Shown here piece after piece: positions 36,824-45,553 of a DNA stretch of 45,553 nucleotides. Numbering within the stretch: position 1 is the first letter of the stretch; every line of letters begins with the position of its first letter. The stretch is from positions 1 to 45,553 of the forward strand of contig JAAYBO010000194.1 in NCBI GenBank assembly GCA_012730095.1, given 5' to 3'. The notes below the pieces were generated by a model, which had not been told where the DNA came from, ran no database searches, and saw nothing but the letters and a program-made list of their open reading frames with translations. This stretch comes from Clostridiaceae bacterium. Its GTDB lineage: Bacteria > Bacillota > Clostridia > DSM-8532. Both the position numbers and the translations under genes were made by a program.

Positions 36824-36850
36824 AAATCCTCTGCAAAGCAGGGGATTTTT
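36824..36850 (+). terminator. Rho-independent terminator (11-bp stem plus T-run)
   Basis: AAATCCTCTGC-aaa-GCAGGGGATTT followed by TT. The T-run is on the plus strand only, so it fits the small plus-strand ORF better than pstB. Confidence 0.6.
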
Positions 36851-36862
36851 CATGCACCGGAT

Positions 36863-37648
36863 TTACAAGCCCGGCATTATGCCGGATATATAATTTTTAG
36901 TCCTCTGATCCCTGGGAAATTCAAAAAATTCCTTGGCACTCCCCGCTTCAACCACTTCACCGAAGTATAAAAAAACAACATAATCGGATAATCGTCTTGC
37001 TTGCCGCAGGACATGACTTACCATTACAATAGTATAGTCCTGTCTCAAAGCAAGCAGCAGAGATTCTATTTTCTCTGATGAAATAGGATCAAGCGCCGAA
37101 GTAATCTCGTCGCAAAGAATCACTTCGGGCTCGACAGCAAGCGCTCTTGCTATGCATAACCGCTGTTGCTGGCCGATTGAAAGAGCAACCGCAGGTTCTT
37201 TAAGTCGGTCTTTTATTTCTTCCCATAAATATGTTCTCTTAAGGCAGCTTTCCACAATATCATCGAGCTCACTTTTTTTTCTTTTCCCATGGAGCCGGGG
37301 CCCGAATGCCACATTATCGTATATGTTGGCCGGCAAAGGATAAGGTCTTTGAGCTATAAGCCCCACCTTTCTCCGCAGTTCGTTTACCTGACGCCGGGTG
37401 TTGTATATATCCTCATCTCCAATAAATATTTGACCTTCAACTCTTATATTTTCCTGAATGTCATGCAAACGGTTTATTGACTTCAAAAGAGTCGTTTTTC
37501 CGCATCCTGATGGGCCAATTATGCTTGTCAGCCTGTTTTTTGGAATATCAAGGCTTACATCTTTCAATATATGTGAATATTTTTGCTTTTTGTTTATAGA
37601 GTATATGTTTAAATTTCTTATTCTTATCTCTATTTCTTTTTTAGGCAT
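36863..37648 (-). CDS. pstB: Phosphate ABC transporter ATP-binding protein PstB
   Basis: Walker A GPSGCGKTT, signature LSIGQQQRL, Walker B VILCDEITSALD. PstB-typical length of 261 aa. Confidence 0.95.
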   Translation of the reverse strand: MPKKEIEIRIRNLNIYSINKKQKYSHILKDVSLDIPKNRLTSIIGPSGCGKTTLLKSINRLHDIQENIRVEGQIFIGDEDIYNTRRQVNELRRKVGLIAQRPYPLPANIYDNVAFGPRLHGKRKKSELDDIVESCLKRTYLWEEIKDRLKEPAVALSIGQQQRLCIARALAVEPEVILCDEITSALDPISSEKIESLLLALRQDYTIVMVSHVLRQARRLSDYVVFLYFGEVVEAGSAKEFFEFPRDQRTKNYISGIMPGL

Positions 37649-38505
37649 TATCTATCACTTCCCGCAGTATACTTTTGAAAATGTTTAGAACATATTCTTG
37701 ATATTGTATTTAATATAATGATAATGATAATAAGTACAAAAGAAGCCGCATAAGCATGTTCCCTTACAGAGGGATAAAAAGAATTGGCCTGCTGGAAAAT
37801 TAACACCGGCAGCGACGATACGGATTTTGACACGCCTTTCGGCATTGAATTACCGGCTCCTGACGTGAAGATTACCGATGCCGCATCTCCCATTGCTCTG
37901 CCCATTCCAATAAGTATACCGGCAATAATGCCCGGAAGAGCATATTTTGCGGTTGTAAATGCAGTTTCCAATCTTGTGGCTCCCAACGAATACGCTGACT
38001 CCCGTATTCCATCCGGAACCGAGTTTAAAGCTTCGTCCATATACCTCACAATAACCGGCATCTGCAGAAGTGCAAGCGTAATAATCCCTGCGCCCAGGCT
38101 TCCTCTTCTATTCGTAACAATAAGGATGTTCAATATGAATATCCCGTAAATAATTGACGGGATTCCCCAAAGAACGTCAAAAACAACACGGAGCTTGTTA
38201 GAAAACCTGTTTTTTATGTAATCAACCTGTAAAAAAAGCGCTATCAAATACGAAGCTGCACAGGCAATACAGGTTGAAGGAATTACCATAAGGATACTGC
38301 CTAAAATCGCATGGAGAATACCACCTTCTCCTCCAAGAAGGTATTTAGGTCCCGGCGCGGTAAAAATAACAGCCGGCTCATTTATAAGTACAATCCCACC
38401 CTTTACTATATTAACCCCTATTATTATCACAAGGAATGCTATAACAATAAAAACCGATATGATCATAAGAACCCTAAATATTGATTCCTTTATGTATTTA
38501 TTCAT
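37648..38505 (-). CDS. pstA: Phosphate ABC transporter permease PstA
   Basis: Second of two permeases. EAA-like loop SAYSLGATRLETAFT. Coupled to both pstC and pstB by overlapping start and stop codons. Confidence 0.9.
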   Translation of the reverse strand: MNKYIKESIFRVLMIISVFIVIAFLVIIIGVNIVKGGIVLINEPAVIFTAPGPKYLLGGEGGILHAILGSILMVIPSTCIACAASYLIALFLQVDYIKNRFSNKLRVVFDVLWGIPSIIYGIFILNILIVTNRRGSLGAGIITLALLQMPVIVRYMDEALNSVPDGIRESAYSLGATRLETAFTTAKYALPGIIAGILIGMGRAMGDAASVIFTSGAGNSMPKGVSKSVSSLPVLIFQQANSFYPSVREHAYAASFVLIIIIIILNTISRICSKHFQKYTAGSDR

Positions 38506-39403
38506 ACCTCCACCTGCTCTTCAGCTTATTTTTTATTATGTTCGCAAGTATATTAAAAAATAAAACTATAATGAACAGAATAAGCGAAACAAAAATCAAT
38601 GCTGATTGATGTTCCGGCACCGACATCATCTCACTGAAACTGCCGACTATAAGCCCCGGCAGTGTTTGTCCCGGAGAAAAAACAGAAGGTATTAGTATGT
38701 TTTTGTTCCCTATTACCATTACAACAGCCATTGTTTCGCCAAAAGCTCTGCCGAACCCCAATATAATACCGGAAATTATTCCAGGGCCGGCGGCGCGGAA
38801 TAATACCGTTTCAATAAGCTGCCACTTTGTTGCTCCCAGAGAAAGGAACTGCTCCCTAAGCCCTATTGGTAGAATACTCAGTGATTCAACCGTTAACGAA
38901 ATAATAACCGGAAAAACCATTGCCGCAAGCACAAGCGCTGCAGTAAAAACACACATGCCTGTTGTATTAACCCCAAACAAAGGCCCCATTACATCACGCG
39001 TGAAAGGAACAAGTACAAGAAGTGCGCATAGACCAAAGACGACCGATGGTACTCCTGCCAACACATCAATAAAGGCTTGAAAGTATGATTTAACCGCTGA
39101 AGGCATATATTCGCTTATGTAAACTGCACTCAATATTGATATTGGAACAGCTATCATTAAAGAAAAGACCGTAACAAAAAATGTCCCCGTAACAGCAGGC
39201 AAAAAACCATATAAGCCTTTATTGGGATCCCACTCGGAAGAAAACAGCAGTTCCCATACCGGATAACGGGATAAGATTAATTGTGAGCGCTGAAGCAGCA
39301 TAATAAACAATGCGGCGAAAAATATGAAAACTGCCAAAATTATAATAACCATAATGTATTTAATTGTTTTATCAAGATTGCTTCTTGCTTTTTGTTGTTT
39401 CAT
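38498..39403 (-). CDS. pstC: Phosphate ABC transporter permease PstC
   Basis: First permease after pstS. EAA-like loop EQFLSLGATKWQLI. Confidence 0.9.
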   Translation of the reverse strand: MKQQKARSNLDKTIKYIMVIIILAVFIFFAALFIMLLQRSQLILSRYPVWELLFSSEWDPNKGLYGFLPAVTGTFFVTVFSLMIAVPISILSAVYISEYMPSAVKSYFQAFIDVLAGVPSVVFGLCALLVLVPFTRDVMGPLFGVNTTGMCVFTAALVLAAMVFPVIISLTVESLSILPIGLREQFLSLGATKWQLIETVLFRAAGPGIISGIILGFGRAFGETMAVVMVIGNKNILIPSVFSPGQTLPGLIVGSFSEMMSVPEHQSALIFVSLILFIIVLFFNILANIIKNKLKSRWRYE

Positions 39404-39413
39404 CCATATCCCC

Positions 39414-40394
39414 TTAATCTGCGTGTCTTGATCCGTTTATAAGGTATTCGAGCTCTTTTTCTCTTTCGTTTTCAACAAGCCCGACATAACCGTTTGGTTC
39501 GAGAAAATTCTGGCCGCCTTCAAGAATCCACTTGACGAAGTCCTTTACATGACCTTCAAAAGGGCCATTTCCGACAAGGTATTCCTCTCTTGTCGGGGGC
39601 GACGGATATATGCCTTCGGTTACATTTTTTAAAAATACATCCCTGTTATCATAAAATCTTTCATCATTGTCCAGAACATCATTGCCGTTAAGATCTATCG
39701 GTATGGGTCTTATGCTTTCGATATATCCTCCTGTTTCCGCATTATAAACATAATTCATATTGGAAAAACCGATGGCATTAGCATCACCCTGTACACTGTT
39801 AGCCATAGGCTGATCGCCGCTTACATTTGAGTCCGAATTGTTCTGCAGATCCGCCTCGGTATAACCGCCGAGGTAAGAAGCCCATACGCTTGCCGCGCCC
39901 GATGAATCAGCCCGCCCATACACAACTATCTCATCATCTTCAATGTTTATATTAAACAACTCGCCCCAATGAGAAACCTCTCCTAAAAAAATCCTTCTTA
40001 AGTCTTCGCGTGAAAGCCCTTTATCCATGATATCCTCATATACGGGATTGTTTTCGTTTATTATTGCGATAACCGTATCTTTTGCTACCGCCACATAAAA
40101 TGCGCCCTGTTCCAACTCTTCCTGCTTCAGCGGTCTTGAAACCATTCCTATATCGGACTGGTTGCTGAAAACATCCGAAATTCCCTTGCCTGCGCCTCCT
40201 CCCGTTACTTCGATATCAATATCATGTATTTTCATATATTCGTCAGCCCACACAACCATCATCGGGTACAAAGCCCACGCACCGGATATGCGAATAGAAG
40301 GCCGAACTGCGCTTTCAGCCGTTTTCGAGCAGCTTGCAAGAACTGAAACAAAAAAACAAAGCGTTAAAAATATGTATACTATTCTTTTTTTCAT
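39414..40394 (-). CDS. pstS: Phosphate-binding lipoprotein PstS
   Basis: Lipobox VLASC and the PstS-family motif TGGGAGKGISDVFSNQSDIGMVSRPL. Heads the pst operon. Confidence 0.85.
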   Translation of the reverse strand: MKKRIVYIFLTLCFFVSVLASCSKTAESAVRPSIRISGAWALYPMMVVWADEYMKIHDIDIEVTGGGAGKGISDVFSNQSDIGMVSRPLKQEELEQGAFYVAVAKDTVIAIINENNPVYEDIMDKGLSREDLRRIFLGEVSHWGELFNINIEDDEIVVYGRADSSGAASVWASYLGGYTEADLQNNSDSNVSGDQPMANSVQGDANAIGFSNMNYVYNAETGGYIESIRPIPIDLNGNDVLDNDERFYDNRDVFLKNVTEGIYPSPPTREEYLVGNGPFEGHVKDFVKWILEGGQNFLEPNGYVGLVENEREKELEYLINGSRHAD

Positions 40395-40427
40395 ATTAAC
40401 ATACCTTTCTATATATTGTCTATCGTT

Positions 40428-40456
40428 ATTGTAGACTTTAATATTTTCTTTGTCAA
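40428..40456 (-). promoter_or_regulatory. Consensus-like promoter of pst operon (TTGACA-17-TACAAT)
   Basis: On the minus strand, TTGACA at 40456-40451, a 17-nt spacer, and TACAAT at 40433-40428, about 30 nt upstream of the pstS ATG. Confidence 0.6.
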
Positions 40457-40502
40457 TTATTTTTTACAACGGGGAAATATAACTCGGTAACATTGATACA
40501 CC

Positions 40503-40693
40503 GGAATCCACAGGAAAACGTAATCAAACAGGTTAAGTCCGAAATGATAAACAATGCAGCAAAACACAGGGATTCATAGGAAAACAGTAAAGCAGAAATG
40601 TGACTAAACCAGATTAAGTTCGAAATGATAACTATGCAGATAAACACTCGGATCAGACTTAATGAATGTATAACTTAAGGATTACGTTTTCTA
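40503..40693. repeat. Two imperfect tandem units (about 65 and 79 nt) plus a partial inverted copy upstream of the pst promoter
   Basis: Unit 1 at 40503-40567 and unit 2 at 40569-40647 share GGAAAAC(A)GTAA...AGrTTAAGTyCGAAATGATAAC.ATGCAG.AAAACAC. The reverse complement of 40668-40693 repeats GAAAACGTAATC..TTAAGT. Confidence 0.6.
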
Positions 40694-40711
40694 AAGCAAA
40701 TGCGACGGGCA

Positions 40712-40743
40712 CTAAAAAAGAGATATGCGTTAACATATCTCTT
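40712..40743 (-). terminator. Rho-independent terminator directly after tRNA-Asn
   Basis: Minus strand: AAGAGATATG-ttaacg-CATATCTCTT followed by TTTTAG. Confidence 0.65.
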
Positions 40744-40744
40744 G

Positions 40745-40820
40745 TGGCTCCCCAAGTTGGACTCGAACCAACGACCCTGCGGTTAACAGCCGCATGCTCT
40801 ACCAGCTGAGCTATTGAGGA
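40745..40820 (-). tRNA. tRNA-Asn (anticodon GTT), CCA encoded
   Basis: Minus strand reads TCCTCAATAGCTCAGCTGGTAGAGCATGCGGCTGTTAACCGCAGGGTCGTTGGTTCGAGTCCAACTTGGGGAGCCA. It folds as a cloverleaf with anticodon loop CTGTTAA. Confidence 0.95.
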
Positions 40821-40871
40821 ATGTTAAAAATGCTGGTTCTTACGGTTTATCAACCGGATGATGGCTTAATT

Positions 40872-40901
40872 ATCTTAACATGCAGGTTTGTATTTTGTCA
40901 A
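40872..40901 (-). promoter_or_regulatory. Candidate promoter for tRNA-Asn (TTGACA-18-TAAGAT)
   Basis: On the minus strand, TTGACA at 40901-40896 and TAAGAT at 40877-40872, about 45 nt upstream of the mature tRNA 5' end. Confidence 0.45.
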
Positions 40902-40985
40902 GCGCTTAATGGCAACTGTGTATGTTGACTTTTTCATTTAATTATATTCTCTAAAACAAGCTAAAAACTGCGTTTTATATTTTGT

Positions 40986-43780
40986 TCAATCCAATAATCT
41001 GCGCAGATCGGAAACGCTTAAAAATACCTCCGGCCTGAATTCTTCCGACTGTACATATTTAAAAATACTGAACATAAACTGTTTTCCTTCCGGGTATTGA
41101 ACCAGAGCATTAAAATCGCAAGAGCATACCAGTGCCTTGCCATTTAATACTTTACACTCAAAAAGCATACCCAGTTTGTGGTTCCGTTCAAAATTATCAA
41201 TTGTCTGTATAATGGGTCTGAATTCATCCGCTGTTTCATCCATAATTACCGAACATGAATTTGAAACAATATTCCACCATTGATATGTAGAATATTCCTT
41301 GCACGGAAAATATTTAAACACCGGGTGACTGTTATTGATAAGCAGCCCCATAGTACCAACAGGCAATGGCTTATTCATGTTTTCAGATATGGAACGGAAC
41401 ATCGGATAGCACCAAAAATCAGTGCAATAGAAGCCCTTTACTTTATTCCCCAGCCTATCAATTCGAGGTACAATCAGTATATTTTGGCCTTTCTCAAGCA
41501 GCCTCAGCGCTTCACAGGAAATAGAATCAAAAATATTGACCCGTTCCGTTTCCAAAACAACGTTTTTTGGATATACCCAGAGAGGATAGGTTTTCCATAT
41601 GTTTAAGCTGTCTATTCGAAGAATAAGCGTTAACTCTTTCATTACAGATACATCAGGCATTTGAAAATTTATGCTTCCAATATTGATATAGTTGTCATCT
41701 TTGAAATCGGAAATATTCAGACATCCGCTTTTTAAAGTCTTTCGTCCCTCTTTTAACGTCCATGAAAAATCTATAGTATTTAGTGGAATATCCCTGAAAT
41801 AACAAAGTTCGATATGTGCCGAAAAGTCTTGTCCCGCGATAAAGTTATATCTATCGAATCTGGCAAGAAGAACAGCATCCGAACAAAAGGTGCGCCATTC
41901 TTCCGGCGTTATCAACCCTTTTGAATCCATAAATGAATCCAGTATCCCAACAAGGGCAGTACCCTGTCCGTTAAAATCCTGTATATCCAGTATCTGAAAT
42001 CCGGCCAGTTTTTTTGTTCGGAATGCAGCTTCCAATTCTTCCTTGTAGCAGGAAACCGCCAGTTTTCCTGAGCATTTAAAATATTTGTCTGCAAGATCAA
42101 GCAATCCTTTTTCTTCTAATCGTTTCCTGAACACTTCAAAGTTTCTGGCCTTAAGCGGGCCTTTGTATTTATCGATCTCAGCATAATTTGGAAATATGCT
42201 ATACTGTCCAATTTCATGGGATACCACCGGTATTTTGGGAATAAGTTCATCTTCCGGTGAAATACTAACCTTTTTTATTCCCATGCCATATTGAACTTCA
42301 ATTGTTTTAGAAGAATCAACACCAATTTCCTGGCTTTGTATCGGGGGCAATATGCTGTCGTCATAATCCTTTGCAGTAGAAGGCATATCTGTCTGAACGT
42401 GGCCTAAAGGCGCATCACACATTGCATATGATCCGCGGATAAGGCGTTCTTTTGAAAAGCGGACACCGCAAAAAAAATCATCGTTTTCCAATATGACAGG
42501 TGAAAACTGAAAGTTGTTTGAACCCTGAGTATACAAATGACGATTATCAAATTCCTTATACATTTTAAGAATTTGATTCAGTCTTTCTTTGCTGCCCCAC
42601 AGTTCATTCCCGAGGGACATCATTACAAAGGATGGGTGGTTTCCAAACCTTTTCAGGATTAAAAAGCCTTCGTTGACAATATACTCCTGTTCCTCTTTAT
42701 TGTGATTTTCATCACCTTCATCTGTTACTGTTCCCCAGAAAGGCAGTTCCGGTTCCATATATATTCCGACTATGTCAGCTGCTGTGAATGCCGCTTCCGG
42801 CGGGCAGCATGTATGAAATCGATAATGGTTTATACCGTAAGACTTTGCGATTTTAAACACTTTTATCCACTCACTCACAGTTGTTGGGGCATATCCGGTT
42901 TCAGGAAAAATCATACCGTCATGCTTCCCCCGCAGGAAAATCTTCCTGCTGTTAATGGTGAACTTATCCCCCTTTGCTTTAAATTCACGCAAACCAATTA
43001 TAACTTCCTTATTGTCCACCACAAAACCGTCCCTCATAAGCTCCAGTTTCAGCTTATACAGATTGGGGTGATACTCGCACCAAAGCAGAGCGTCTTCACC
43101 CAGGGGATAGTCTATCAGGATATTATTATTAGTCAGTAAAAACTGTTTCCCCGGGGCACAGTGCTTATTTTCTTTCCCAATACCTTCCGCCGACACTTTT
43201 AAAACACCGCCGTCCGCACCTTCTATTCGGGATACGATTCGAACAGATTTAGTATGTATATCCGGATATATCTGAACATCACCTAAATATACCGGGTTAT
43301 ATATCTGCAATTCTATCTTTCCCGTAATACCATTCCAGTTTGTCTGGGTATCGGGGGAGGTCATATGGCCTCCTTTTGTCGGATAATCAGTATTATCTAT
43401 AAGGATGGTAACCGTATTAGCTCCTGAATGCAGAGAGCCGGTTATATTGTAAATATGCGGGGTGCAAAGGCTGTTTTGGGAACCCTTATTTATATTATTT
43501 ATCCAGACAGTGGTTTTTCGTGTCCGTTCTAAATAAAGGAAGCATGGTTTAGACAGATATTCTTCGGGAATTTCAAATTCCCGTGAATACCAGGCATACC
43601 CTTCAAATGTATACTCTTCCGTCAAATGCGCAATTTCGTGCTTTTTGTTTTTTTCGCCTTTTTTATAATAAGAAGTTGTTCCCGGCAAATAAATAGTATC
43701 GGACAAGGGTTGTCTGAGCCCTTTTTTTCCTTATCAAGCTGGAAACGCCAAACCCCTGACAAATCAATTGATTTTAACAT
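40986..43780 (-). pseudogene. Glycoside hydrolase family 2 (beta-galactosidase/beta-mannosidase-like), reading frame broken in an A7 tract
   Basis: The main ORF 40986..43706 has GH2-like features (LPGTT...YAWYSREFEIP, TVWINN, MSLGNELWG). The expected N-terminus MLKSIDLSGVWRFQLDKEKK is encoded from the ATG at 43780 (RBS GAGGTGA) in another frame. The two frames meet at the homopolymer 43722-43728. Confidence 0.7.
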
Positions 43781-43784
43781 ATTG

Positions 43785-45416
43785 TCACCTCGTTGTGCTT
43801 TTGTGATTTACTACTCTGCGGTACTCCGCCGGTGTATAACCGGTCGATTTTTTAAATTGAAATGCAAAATAGGAAGGATTTTGGTACCCAAGCTCCTGAG
43901 CAATGTCATAGATCTTGAAGTTTACCTGCTGCAGCATTTTTTTTGCTTTATCGATCCTCACACGATTTATATACTCTGTTATTGTTTCTCCCATTTCCTT
44001 TTTAAATAGCACGCTCAAATAGCTTGGATTCATATATACGACATCAGCAAGCTCATTCACTGTAACACCATTTCTAAGGTTCTTCCCGATATAGTCAACA
44101 ATAACCTCCATAGTCTGACTCTTCTTCTTATTCTGAAATTCCTCAAGAGATATAATATATTTTACAATCACATCCTTCATCTTCTCTCGTAAATCATTGA
44201 TAGATGTAGAATTCAAAACCATCTGACACATATTAATATAAGGTACAGGCAGCGTAAAACCGGTAACCTCGGATAACTGTTGTACATTGCTTACAATTTC
44301 CAGACTAATGGACTGAACAAAGCTGACTGTCATATTTTTTTCACCTGCAAGGAAATTGAACATCATTTCGATAAGATTGTTAAGCTGTTTAGCATCTATC
44401 TGCTTGATGCATGCTGCTATGCTTTCGCGGAAAAAATCGACGTTTTCCATATCGATTTTGTTAATTTCATGAAAATCATCTGTCCAGAACGTATTCCCTT
44501 CACCGTATGTGCGTCCTTTAGTCAGAACATTAAACGCATTTCGGTATAGAAAACAGGCATGCTCCCATCTATCTGACTGTTTGCTTACGCTAATTGATAA
44601 TAGAATACCTTTATCATTATATAACGACTTGCGAAGCAGCATCAGAAGCCTGTCTATCTCGTCCCTGCCCAGGTACTCATAATTTTGCTCTTTAAGAAGC
44701 AAAACCGTCAGGTGGTTGGCATGAATTCGCAGTATGATGCAAAAAAAAGAACTGAATACCACTCTGACAGCATTAGACAGCCTTAGCATAATATCCGACG
44801 CATATACAGGATCCTTATTTTTAATGAACTCATAATTATCAAGTGAAATAATTGCAATCCGATAAATAAAATTGTCCTCCGGCAAATCAAGACACTGTAG
44901 CTGGTTTTTTATTTTTTCCGGATTAAGTTCAAATCCGGAAAGCAGTTCCTCCATGAATCTGGCCCGTGCCATAACTAAATTTTCACGAAATTTCTTCTTC
45001 ATAACTTGCTCAGATTCGATAAGTTTAAGCCTGGTCATGGTTTCATCATAAAAAACCTTCAGCCAATGCTCTACTTCGTCAATTTTTAACGGTTTGAGCA
45101 AATAAGCCTGAGCTCCCGCTTCAACTGCTCCGCGTGCAAATTCAAATTCTTCATGTCCGCTTATAATTAATACATAAATATCAGGATATATTCCACGGAT
45201 TCTATTAACCAACTCAATGCCATCTATTCCCGGCATACATACATCCGCTATAAGAACGTCAATATGCTGTTCTTTAGCAATTTGAAGCGCTTCCTGTGCA
45301 TCTTCTGCAAGCATCGGCCGTTTATAACCCAGTTTACTCCAAGAAATATGCTTGTCCAATCCTATAAGGTGATTTGGTTCATCGTCAACAATAATTGTTG
45401 TCAGCATTTTCATCAA
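43785..45416 (-). CDS. Response regulator with AraC-type HTH (YesN-like)
   Basis: Receiver domain (TIIVDDEPN, DVCMPGIDG, KP), a long middle region, and a C-terminal AraC HTH pair (VNELADVVYMNPSYLSVLFKK ... LGYQNPSYFAFQFKK). RBS AAGGAGAGAGG. Confidence 0.9.
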   Translation of the reverse strand: MMKMLTTIIVDDEPNHLIGLDKHISWSKLGYKRPMLAEDAQEALQIAKEQHIDVLIADVCMPGIDGIELVNRIRGIYPDIYVLIISGHEEFEFARGAVEAGAQAYLLKPLKIDEVEHWLKVFYDETMTRLKLIESEQVMKKKFRENLVMARARFMEELLSGFELNPEKIKNQLQCLDLPEDNFIYRIAIISLDNYEFIKNKDPVYASDIMLRLSNAVRVVFSSFFCIILRIHANHLTVLLLKEQNYEYLGRDEIDRLLMLLRKSLYNDKGILLSISVSKQSDRWEHACFLYRNAFNVLTKGRTYGEGNTFWTDDFHEINKIDMENVDFFRESIAACIKQIDAKQLNNLIEMMFNFLAGEKNMTVSFVQSISLEIVSNVQQLSEVTGFTLPVPYINMCQMVLNSTSINDLREKMKDVIVKYIISLEEFQNKKKSQTMEVIVDYIGKNLRNGVTVNELADVVYMNPSYLSVLFKKEMGETITEYINRVRIDKAKKMLQQVNFKIYDIAQELGYQNPSYFAFQFKKSTGYTPAEYRRVVNHKSTTR

Positions 45417-45553
45417 CCTCTCTCCTTATTTCCGGCCGTAGTGTCAAAAATTCTGAATGAATTTTGACCTAAACTATTTATTTCACTGGCTTACACCAGT
45501 TACTTTCGTATCCCCCCTGAAAAATGGAAAATTTCCAGGGTTTTTATATTGAA

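Noticed and set aside
40453-40647. 64-aa hydrophobic minus-strand ORF upstream of pstS
   Set aside because: It runs through the tandem repeats and across the pstS -35 box. It has no RBS, and its hydrophobicity follows from the AT-rich repeat sequence.
45515-45546. Hairpin plus T-run (CCCTGAAAA...TTTCCAGGG TTTTT) on the plus strand upstream of the right-hand regulator gene
   Set aside because: It has the shape of a terminator, but no plus-strand gene precedes it in the window. It may belong to a unit beyond the window edge, so there is not enough context to call it.
1-45553. Scan for CRISPR arrays, IS elements, prophage genes or defence-system genes
   Set aside because: No regularly spaced short direct repeats were seen. 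No ORF carried transposase, integrase, recombinase, nuclease-helicase or toxin-antitoxin signatures.

Overview
This looks like a chromosomal window from a low-GC, motile, spore-forming Firmicute. It is Clostridia-like, judging by a T-box leader, an alpha/beta SASP gene and a Bacillus/Clostridium-type fla/che gene order. Content from left to right: (1) A YesM-type histidine kinase, a DctP-type binding protein and a YesN-type AraC response regulator, followed by a complete TRAP transporter (dctP-dctQ-dctM) and a YcxB-like membrane protein. (2) On the minus strand, a 1245-aa PolC-type DNA polymerase III alpha subunit that lacks the proofreading exonuclease insert. (3) marR plus a heterodimeric ABC exporter. 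(4) A T-box-controlled hisS-aspS-lepB operon (minus). (5) A hypothetical gene, an alpha/beta-type SASP gene, about 0.6 kb of gene-poor DNA holding a truncated zinc-ribbon mini-ORF, and tRNA-Leu(CAA). (6) A 14.2-kb minus-strand flagellar/chemotaxis module: flhA-flhF-flhG-pilZ-cheB-cheA-cheW-cheC-cheD-orf, then fliA(sigD)-fapA and three small ORFs. It is bracketed by an imperfect inverted repeat pair of about 135 nt (21864-22000 and 36445-36576). (7) A candidate 43-aa ORF unit. (8) pstSCAB (minus) with a repeat-rich upstream region, and tRNA-Asn(GTT). (9) A GH2 glycosidase gene broken by a frameshift in an A7/T7 tract, with a YesN-type regulator upstream. I saw no CRISPR array, transposase, integrase, toxin-antitoxin pair or recognisable defence gene. 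All calls come from reading motifs by eye in the sequence and ORF track; no database search or folding program was run.
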